DNA from: Hydrurus foetidus
Taxonomy: Eukaryota
DNA: 64,000 nt
Assembly: GCA_900617105.1 (NCBI GenBank)
Contig: UYFQ01000141.1
Coordinates: 1 to 64,000 of the forward strand
Direction: 5' to 3'
The notes under the pieces were generated by a model. The model was not told the origin of the DNA. It searched no databases and worked only from the letters and a program-made list of their open reading frames with translations. Each line of letters opens with the position of its first letter. Positions within the stretch are counted from its first letter, which is position 1. The position numbers and the translations under genes were made by a program. Of this stretch, positions 29,811 to 37,034 are shown one piece after another.

Positions 29811-31157
29811 CTACAGCTTCTTCACCAACACCTGGCTCTTGCGGTCCCAGTTGTACTTGCGCTTGCGGGCTTCGGGCAGCCACTCGGGGTCCACCTGCAC
29901 AAAGCCGCGCTTGATGAACCAGTGCATGGTGCGTGTGGTCAGCACAAAGATGCTATCCAGCCCGGCCGCCTTGGCCCGCTGCTCTACGCGTTTCAAAACG
30001 CGCTCGCCATCGCCCTGGCCTTGCACTTCGGGCGACACGGTGAGCGCCGCCATCTCGGCCGTCCTGGCTTCGGGGTAGGGGTACAGCGCCGCGCAGGCGA
30101 AGATCACGCCGTCGTGCTCGATGATGGTGTAGTTGCCGGCGTCACGCTCAATCTCGGTGCGGCTGCGCTTCACCAGCGTGCCGTCTTTCTCGAACGGCTC
30201 GATCAGCTGCAAGATGCCGCCCACATCTTCTTCGCTCGCCTCGCGCAGGCTTTCCAGCTTCTCGTCCACCACCATGGTGCCAATGCCGTCGTGCACGTAC
30301 ACCTCCAGCAGAATGGCGCCGTCTACGGAGAAGGGAATGATGTGGCTGCGCTCCACGCCGCCCTTGCAGGCCTTCACGCAGTGCTGCAGGTAAAAGGCCA
30401 CGTCGCTGGGCTGGTTGGCCGCGGGCAGGGCCTTGAGCAGCTTTTCGGCAGCGGCCAGGGGCAGCTCGGTGTCGATGGGGTTGTCTTCGCTGGCGGGCTG
30501 GGTCGGGTCCATGCGGATGCCGGGAACTTCTGTCAAAAAGATCAGCTTGTCGGCCTGCAGCGCGGTGGCCACGCTGGTGGCCACTTCTTCCATGGCCAGG
30601 TTGAAGGCCTCGCCGGTGGGCGAGAAGCCAAACGGCGAGAGCAGCACCATGGCGCCCATGTCCAGCGTCTTGGTGATGCCGCCAATGTCTACCTTGCGCA
30701 CCAACCCGCTGTGTTGAAAGTCCACGCCATCCACAATGCCCACGGGCCGCGCGGTGATGAAGTTGCCGGAAATGACGCGCACCGTGGAATCCGCCATGGG
30801 CGTGTTCGGCAACCCCTGGCTGAACGCGGCTTCAATCTCATAGCGCAGCTGGCCTGCGGCTTCCTGGGCGCAGTCCAGCGCTACCTCGTCGGTAATGCGG
30901 ATGCCGTGGCTGTATTTGGGCGTGTGGCCCTTGGCCTTGAGTTGCTCATTCACCTGCGGGCGAAAGCCGTGCACCAGCACAATCTTCACGCCCATGCTCT
31001 GGATCATGGCCAAGTCTTGCGCCAAGTGCTGCAGTTTGCCGGCCGCAATGGCTTCCCCCGCAATGCCCACCACAAAGGTCTGGTTGCGGAACTTGTGGAT
31101 GTAGGGCGCAACCGACCGGAACCAGGGGACGAAGGTGAAGTTAAAGACAGAGGTCAT
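29811..31157 (-). CDS. argA: amino-acid N-acetyltransferase (N-acetylglutamate synthase)
   Basis: FVPWFRSVAPYI; kinase-like domain plus GNAT (LTTRTMHWF..YNWDRKS). Confidence 0.97.
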   Translation of the reverse strand: MTSVFNFTFVPWFRSVAPYIHKFRNQTFVVGIAGEAIAAGKLQHLAQDLAMIQSMGVKIVLVHGFRPQVNEQLKAKGHTPKYSHGIRITDEVALDCAQEAAGQLRYEIEAAFSQGLPNTPMADSTVRVISGNFITARPVGIVDGVDFQHSGLVRKVDIGGITKTLDMGAMVLLSPFGFSPTGEAFNLAMEEVATSVATALQADKLIFLTEVPGIRMDPTQPASEDNPIDTELPLAAAEKLLKALPAANQPSDVAFYLQHCVKACKGGVERSHIIPFSVDGAILLEVYVHDGIGTMVVDEKLESLREASEEDVGGILQLIEPFEKDGTLVKRSRTEIERDAGNYTIIEHDGVIFACAALYPYPEARTAEMAALTVSPEVQGQGDGERVLKRVEQRAKAAGLDSIFVLTTRTMHWFIKRGFVQVDPEWLPEARKRKYNWDRKSQVLVKKL

Positions 31158-31267
31158 TGCGTTTATGGGCTAGGCAGGGTGGGCAGAAGTGGCCAAAACC
31201 TGAACTGTATCCCCATCCGGTACAGTAGCCCGCCGGGCGCGTATTTGCATCCCAAAAAACCAACAAC

Positions 31268-32722
31268 ATGTTCGAACAAACCTTTAAAAACATCGACGAC
31301 GCGCTCTGGAAAGAAAGCGGCTGCACCACCGAGCTGGACTACACCGAACAAACCTCCTGGCTGCTGTTTTTAAAGTACCTGGACTCGCTGGAGCAAGACA
31401 AAGCCACCGAAGCCGCGCTGGAGGGCATGCCCTACACCCACATATTGGCCGCCGCCTACCGCTGGGACACCTGGGCCGCCCCCAAGGGCGCCGACGGCAA
31501 GCTGGACCACAACAAGGCCATGACCGGCGACGACCTGGTGCAGTTTGTGGACACCGTGTTGTTCCCGCATCTGCATGGCATCAAGCAGCGCGCCAGCGGG
31601 CCGCACACCATCGAATACAAGATCGGTGAAATCTTTGGCGAGATCAAAAACAAAATTCGCAGCGGCTACACCCTGCGCGACATCATCGACCACGTGGACG
31701 AACTGCGCTTTCGCTCGCAAACCGAAAAGCACGAACTCTCGGCCCTGTACGAAGAAAAAATCAAACGCATGGGCAACGCCGGGCGCAACGGCGGCGAGTA
31801 CTACACCCCGCGCCCCCTCATCCGCGCCATGATCCAGGTGGTGCGCCCACAAATTGGCGAGCGCATTTACGACGGTGCCTGCGGCTCGGCCGGCTTCTTG
31901 TGCGAGGCACACGATTACCTGAGCGCCAAACCCGGCCTCACCACCGCCGACCTGCAAACCCTGCAAACGCGCACCTTCTACGGCAAAGAGAAGAAGAGCC
32001 TGGCGTACGTCATCGCCATCATGAACCTCATCCTGCATGGCATCGAGGCGCCCAACATCCAGCACACCAACACCCTGGCCGAAAACCTGGCCGACGTGCA
32101 GGAGAAAGACCGGTTCGAAATCATCCTCGCCAACCCGCCCTTTGGCGGCAAAGAGCGCCCCGAGGTGCAGCAGAACTTTCCCATCCGCACGGGCGAAACG
32201 GCCTTTTTGTTCATGCAGCACTTCATCAAAATGCTGCGCGCCGGGGGCAGGGCGGCGGTGGTCATCAAAAACACGTTTTTGAGCAACTCCGACAACGCCA
32301 GCGTGGCTTTGCGCAAACTGCTGCTGGAGAGCTGCAACCTGCACACCGTGCTGGACTGCCCCGGCGGCACCTTTCAGGGCGCGGGCGTCAAAACCGTGGT
32401 GCTGTTTTTTGAGAAAGGCGAGCCCACCCGCAAGGTCTGGTACTACCAGTTGGACCCCGGCCGCAACATGGGCAAGACCAACCCGCTTAACGATGCGGAC
32501 CTGGCCGAGTTTGTGACGCTGCAAAGCACGTTGGCCGACTCCGCCAAGAGCTGGAGCGTGGATGTGGCGACTGTGGATGCCACCACGTTTGATTTGTCGG
32601 TCAAGAACCCCACCGTTGGTGAGGTAGTAGCCCACCGCAGCCCGCAAGCCATCATGGACGAGATCGCCGCGCTGGACGCGGAGGCCGCTGGCGTGCTGGC
32701 GTCGATTCGGGAGTTGCTGTGA
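31268..32722 (+). CDS. hsdM: type I RM N6-adenine methyltransferase
   Basis: GEYYTPRPLI, DGACGSAGF (motif I), NPPF (motif IV). Confidence 0.95.
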   Translation: MFEQTFKNIDDALWKESGCTTELDYTEQTSWLLFLKYLDSLEQDKATEAALEGMPYTHILAAAYRWDTWAAPKGADGKLDHNKAMTGDDLVQFVDTVLFPHLHGIKQRASGPHTIEYKIGEIFGEIKNKIRSGYTLRDIIDHVDELRFRSQTEKHELSALYEEKIKRMGNAGRNGGEYYTPRPLIRAMIQVVRPQIGERIYDGACGSAGFLCEAHDYLSAKPGLTTADLQTLQTRTFYGKEKKSLAYVIAIMNLILHGIEAPNIQHTNTLAENLADVQEKDRFEIILANPPFGGKERPEVQQNFPIRTGETAFLFMQHFIKMLRAGGRAAVVIKNTFLSNSDNASVALRKLLLESCNLHTVLDCPGGTFQGAGVKTVVLFFEKGEPTRKVWYYQLDPGRNMGKTNPLNDADLAEFVTLQSTLADSAKSWSVDVATVDATTFDLSVKNPTVGEVVAHRSPQAIMDEIAALDAEAAGVLASIRELL

Positions 32723-32783
32723 TTGCTACTGTATTGATAGCTGCTTGCGCATATTCTGCGGGGGCTAGAGGTCGATTTGGCTT
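32719..32783 (+). repeat. copy of the ~65-bp palindromic repeat, left flank of the DUF1016 gene
   Basis: 61 of 65 positions identical to 33883-33947 by direct comparison. Confidence 0.92.
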
Positions 32784-32800
32784 GAGAATGGGGAGTGTTT

Positions 32801-33847
32801 ATGCTGCCTGAAAACACAACGGCCGGTTTGCTGGCTGATCTTCGCCAGTTGATTCATCAATCGCAACGCCGCGCTGTTGCGGCAGTCAATGCAGAGCTGA
32901 CGCTCCTGTATTGGACGGTAGGCAAACGGCTACAACTCGAAACCCTGAAAGGCGACCGCGCCGAGTACGGCCAGCAAATCGTCGCCCAAGTGGCGCGCCA
33001 GTTGGCGCAAGACTTCGGCAAAGGCTGGAGTGCCCGCCAGTTGTGGATGTGCATCCAGTTGGGAGTAGTTTTCCCGGATCGCGAGATAGTGCACACACTG
33101 TGTGCAGAATTGAGCTGGTCACATCTGCGGCTACTGGTCAGCCTAGAGCAACCGCTACAGCGGGAGTTCTATATAGAGATGTGCCGGTTAGAGCGCTGGA
33201 GTGTGCGGCAACTGCAAGAACGCATCCAGTCCATGCTGTTTGAGCGCACCGCCATCTCCCGCAAACCCGAAGACACCATCCAGCGCGACATTGCCGCGCT
33301 GCGCGAACAGGGCACCTTGTCGGCCGACCTCGCGTTTCGCGACCCTTATGTGCTCGACTTTCTGGGCCTGGCCGACAGCTATGCCGAAAAAGACTTGGAA
33401 TCCGCCATCGTGGCCGAGCTGCAGCGCTTCATCATCGAGCTGGGCAGCGACTTCGCGTTCATGGCCCGGCAAAAGCGCATCACCATCGACACGCGGGACT
33501 ACTACATCGACCTGCTCTTCTACCACCGCCGCCTGCGCTGCCTGGTGGCTATTGAGCTCAAGATCGGCGAATTCCAGGCCGCCTACAAAGGCCAGATGGA
33601 GCTGTACCTGCGCTACCTGGAAAAGCACGAACAAGCCCCCGGCGAGAACACGCCCATTGGCCTGATTTTGTGCACCGGCAAAAACGAAGAGCATGTGGAG
33701 CTGCTGCAGCTCGACCAAAGCAACATCCGCGTCGCCGACTATCTGACCCTGCTGCCCGCAAAGGAAGTACTGCAAGAAAAGCTGCACCGCTCCATCGAAC
33801 TGGCCCGGCAGCGGCTCGCGGCGCCGGGGTTGGAGGGTGGGGAATGA
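32801..33847 (+). CDS. YhcG/DUF1016 PD-(D/E)XK nuclease domain protein
   Basis: VNAELTLLYWTVG, LSWSH, RDPYVLDFL, IDLLFYHRRLRCLVAIELK, GQMELY. Confidence 0.93.
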   Translation: MLPENTTAGLLADLRQLIHQSQRRAVAAVNAELTLLYWTVGKRLQLETLKGDRAEYGQQIVAQVARQLAQDFGKGWSARQLWMCIQLGVVFPDREIVHTLCAELSWSHLRLLVSLEQPLQREFYIEMCRLERWSVRQLQERIQSMLFERTAISRKPEDTIQRDIAALREQGTLSADLAFRDPYVLDFLGLADSYAEKDLESAIVAELQRFIIELGSDFAFMARQKRITIDTRDYYIDLLFYHRRLRCLVAIELKIGEFQAAYKGQMELYLRYLEKHEQAPGENTPIGLILCTGKNEEHVELLQLDQSNIRVADYLTLLPAKEVLQEKLHRSIELARQRLAAPGLEGGE

Positions 33848-33882
33848 ATGCCGTGCAATTGAGAACGTCGGAAGGCAAAGTG

Positions 33883-33947
33883 GTGATTGCTACTGAATTG
33901 ATAGCTTCTCGCGCATATTCTGCGGGGGCTAGAGGCCGATTTGGCTT
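33883..33947 (+). repeat. copy of the ~65-bp palindromic repeat, right flank of the DUF1016 gene
   Basis: gtgattgctactgaattgatagcttctcgcgcatattctgcgggggctagaggccgatttggctt. Confidence 0.92.
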
Positions 33948-33995
33948 AAATTTTCTGCTCCAATCACAGACGTGCACCGCATTGGGGGCTGGCGT

Positions 33996-35159
33996 ATGAA
34001 GGCGGGTTGGGAGTCTAAAAAGTTACGAGACGTTTGCGAGCTTGTAAATGGACGCGCCTACAGCAAACCTGAGCTGCTGGCGGAAGGTAAATATCGCGTC
34101 CTTCGTGTCGGCAACTTTTTCACCAGTGACCGTTGGTACTACTCCAACTTGGAACTGGAAGACAAGAAGTATTGCGACCAAGGCGATCTGCTTTATGCCT
34201 GGTCCGCATCATTTGGTCCCCGCATCTGGGTTGGTGAGAAGGTCATTTACCACTATCACATCTGGAAAGTCATACCCAATCCAAGCGTGATCGATCAACG
34301 GTATTTGTTCCATTTTTTCAACTGGGATACAGAGAGCATTAAGCAAGACCAAGGGGCTGGCACAACGATGCTCCATGTTTCAAAAGGCTCAATGCAAGAT
34401 CGGGATATTCAAATTCCCCCGCTTGCCGAACAGCAGCGCATCGTCACCCTTCTAGACGAAGCCTTCGACGGCATCGCCACCGCCCGCGCCAACGCAGAAC
34501 AAAACCTCCAGAACGCCCGCGCCCTGTTTGAAAGCCACCTGCAATCGGTTTTTTCGCAGCGGGGTGATGGATGGAAATTGAAAACACTCGAAGAAATTTC
34601 CACAACATTTGGACGAGGGAAATCTAGGCATAGACCACGCAATGAGCCCAAACTGTATGGCGGTAAGTATCCATTTGTGCAGACTGGCGACATCAGGAAC
34701 GCTGACCATTTCATTACCGAGTATTCACAGACCTACAGTGAAGCAGGCCTTGCGCAAAGCAAACTCTGGCCCAAGGGAACCATTTGCATCACGATTGCTG
34801 CCAACATCGCTGAAACCGCGATTCTGGGTTTTGATGCCTGCTTTCCTGATAGCGTGATTGGCGTGGTCCCAAATCCCGACGTGGCGGATATTGGATTTGT
34901 CGAATACCTGTTGCAGTCTTTCAAGGCAAGAATCCAATCCCTCGGGAAAGGAAGCGCGCAAGCGAATATCAACATGGGAACCTTCGAAAGCGAACGGTTT
35001 CCGTTTGCGTTGGTCGCAGAGCAAAAGCAGATCGTCGCGAAGCTTGATGCGCTGAGCGAAGACGTTCAACGCCTCGAATCCATCTACCAACGCAAACTCG
35101 CCGCGCTGGACGAATTGAAGAAATCCCTGCTGCACCAGGCCTTCAGCGGCGCTTTGTGA
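33996..35159 (+). CDS. hsdS: type I RM specificity subunit
   Basis: Two lower-GC TRDs separated by PPLAEQQRIV..; C-terminal EQKQIVAKLD..LKKSLLHQAFSG. Confidence 0.95.
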   Translation: MKAGWESKKLRDVCELVNGRAYSKPELLAEGKYRVLRVGNFFTSDRWYYSNLELEDKKYCDQGDLLYAWSASFGPRIWVGEKVIYHYHIWKVIPNPSVIDQRYLFHFFNWDTESIKQDQGAGTTMLHVSKGSMQDRDIQIPPLAEQQRIVTLLDEAFDGIATARANAEQNLQNARALFESHLQSVFSQRGDGWKLKTLEEISTTFGRGKSRHRPRNEPKLYGGKYPFVQTGDIRNADHFITEYSQTYSEAGLAQSKLWPKGTICITIAANIAETAILGFDACFPDSVIGVVPNPDVADIGFVEYLLQSFKARIQSLGKGSAQANINMGTFESERFPFALVAEQKQIVAKLDALSEDVQRLESIYQRKLAALDELKKSLLHQAFSGAL

Positions 35160-35197
35160 TGTGTCCAGAAAACGCCTGAATTGCGACATATCGGGTT

Positions 35198-35275
35198 TAA
35201 CGTGATAAGAAAAGTGAAATTTCTATACACATTCTGGCAAACGCGATAAGATAAATCCAATTTCTTATCACGTTA
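35198..35275. promoter_or_regulatory. tandem palindromic operators upstream of fic
   Basis: AACGTGATAAGA-N11-TCTATACACATT (35199-35233) and AACGCGATAAGA-N11-TCTTATCACGTT (35240-35274); outer arms form a perfect 15-bp inverted repeat. Confidence 0.75.
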
Positions 35276-35298
35276 CCCACCAGCACAAAGCCCATCCC

Positions 35299-36366
35299 AT
35301 GATCGCGCTCGATATCCCCAGCAGCGAAAGCTTGGACGTCAAGGCGGTCTGGCAGGGCCTGGCGCTGGCACACCGGCATCTGGCGGAGCTAAAGGGCCTG
35401 TGCGAGGCCTTGCCCAACGGCAGTATCTTGCTGGACACGCTGTCGATCCAAGAGGCCAAAGACAGCTCTGAGATAGAAAACATCATCACCACGCACGACG
35501 AGCTATACGCCGCCGAGCAAAGCGCCAGCGCATCGGGGGCCACCAAAGAAGTGCAAAACTACGTGCGCGCGCTGCGCGTGGGCTACCAAGACGTGCAAAG
35601 CAGCGGTTTGATCCGCCTGGCCACCATCCTGCGGGTGCAGCAGGAGGTGGAGCAGAACAATGCGGGCTTGCGCAAGCTGCCTGGCACTGTGCTTAAGAAC
35701 CAGACGACGGGGGCGGTGGTGTACGAGCCGCCCCAAGACGCCGTGTTGGTGCAAAAGCTCATGGCAGACCTGGTGGAATTCATCCACGCAGACGATGCGC
35801 TGGACCCGCTGCTGCGCATGGCGGTGGCGCACCACCAGTTTGAGAGCATTCACCCGTTTTACGACGGCAATGGCCGCACCGGGCGCATCTTGAACTTGCT
35901 GATGCTGCAGCGCGAAGGTTTGCTGGACCTGCCGGTGCTGTACCTGAGCCGCTACATCACCTCCACCAAGGCGCAGTATTACCAGCTGTTGCAGAGCACG
36001 CGTGAGACCGGCAATTGGGTGGACTGGTGTGTGTACATCGTGCATGGCGTGACAGTGACCGCCAAGAGCGAGGTGAAGCTGATCAAGAACCTGCGAAGCC
36101 TGATGCAAACCACCAAACACCGGCTGCGCGACCAGTTGCCCAAAATTTACAGCCAGGAGCTGTTGAACAACCTGTTTCGCTACCCCTACACAAAAATTGA
36201 ATTTGTGGAGAAAGACCTGGGCGTTTCGCGCATTACGGCCGCCAAGCACCTGGACGCGCTGGCTGCCAACGGGTTTGTGGAAAAACGCAAAATTGGCCGC
36301 ACCAATTTCTATGTCAACCAGCCCTTGTATGCGCTGCTCACCATGATTGCGATTGGCGATGAATGA
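35299..36366 (+). CDS. Fic family AMPylase with N-terminal inhibitory helix and C-terminal winged helix
   Basis: HPFYDGNGRTGR catalytic motif, SSEIEN inhibitory motif, LGVSRITAAKHLDAL HTH. Confidence 0.93.
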   Translation: MIALDIPSSESLDVKAVWQGLALAHRHLAELKGLCEALPNGSILLDTLSIQEAKDSSEIENIITTHDELYAAEQSASASGATKEVQNYVRALRVGYQDVQSSGLIRLATILRVQQEVEQNNAGLRKLPGTVLKNQTTGAVVYEPPQDAVLVQKLMADLVEFIHADDALDPLLRMAVAHHQFESIHPFYDGNGRTGRILNLLMLQREGLLDLPVLYLSRYITSTKAQYYQLLQSTRETGNWVDWCVYIVHGVTVTAKSEVKLIKNLRSLMQTTKHRLRDQLPKIYSQELLNNLFRYPYTKIEFVEKDLGVSRITAAKHLDALAANGFVEKRKIGRTNFYVNQPLYALLTMIAIGDE

Positions 36367-36381
36367 AGCCGAAACCCGCCT
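36359..36381 (+). repeat. duplicate of the first 23 bp of hsdR
   Basis: atgaatgaagccgaaacccgcct vs atgaacgaagccgaaacccgcct at 37035-37057 (22/23). Confidence 0.85.
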
Positions 36382-36426
36382 GCGGCAGTCGTTGGTTTTG
36401 CATAGCACTTGCAATACAATGACCTC

Positions 36427-36708
36427 ATGAAAACCGCCACACTTCCCCCCATCCGTGTTGCCCCTGATTTCCGGCTCGAACTCGAAGGCGTGCTGGAGCA
36501 GGGCGAATCTCTGTCGCAGTTTGTGGAGAACGCGGTGCGTACCACGGTAGCCAAACGCAAGAATCAGGCGGAGTTCATTCGCCGTGGCATTGCAGCCATC
36601 GAAACGACCAAGCGCGACGGCAGCGGCATACCCGCAGCGGTGGTGATTGCCACGCTGGAAACCAAGCTGGCTGCCGCTAAACAAGCCAAAGCAAAGCGCG
36701 GCGGATGA
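36427..36708 (+). CDS. YlcI/YnfO-like ribbon-helix-helix antitoxin
   Basis: MKTATLPPIRVAPDFR..GESLSQFVENAVR; ATGA overlap with the toxin; upstream dyad TTGCA-N7-TGCAA. Confidence 0.8.
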   Translation: MKTATLPPIRVAPDFRLELEGVLEQGESLSQFVENAVRTTVAKRKNQAEFIRRGIAAIETTKRDGSGIPAAVVIATLETKLAAAKQAKAKRGG

Positions 36709-37022
36709 GCTACAAGGTTGCGTTCAGCGAAGCGGCAGCCCAAGACTTGGAGCAACTGTTCGATTTCGCGCTGCAACGCGAGCTGGACGGTGAGACGGGC
36801 GACCTTGATATCCCCGCCAAGGCCATACAGTCCATCAAGGACGGTGTGGCCTTTTTGGAGACTTCGCCGTTTGCGTGTCGCAAGGCCGGCAGCAGTTCTT
36901 TTGTCCGTGAACTGATTGTTCCGTTTGGCCGTACTGGCTATGTGGTGCTGTTCGAGATTGTGGATAGCACCAGCGTCATCATTGGTGCCGTTCGCCACCA
37001 ACGTGAAGACGATTACCACTGA
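36705..37022 (+). CDS. RelE/ParE family toxin
   Basis: YKVAFSEAAAQDLEQL..RELIVPFGRTGYVVLF..AVRHQREDDY. Confidence 0.88.
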   Translation: MSYKVAFSEAAAQDLEQLFDFALQRELDGETGDLDIPAKAIQSIKDGVAFLETSPFACRKAGSSSFVRELIVPFGRTGYVVLFEIVDSTSVIIGAVRHQREDDYH

Positions 37023-37034
37023 ACTCCCCGACTT

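Noticed and set aside
31205..31227. Possible LexA box upstream of hsdM (actgta..tacagt)
   Set aside because: The CTGT-ACAG spacing is 13 nt rather than 8 and the core is GC-rich.
32719..33947. CRISPR array or IS terminal repeats as an explanation for the 65-bp repeats
   Set aside because: Copies are dispersed rather than regularly spaced, there are no cas genes, and the enclosed gene is not a transposase.
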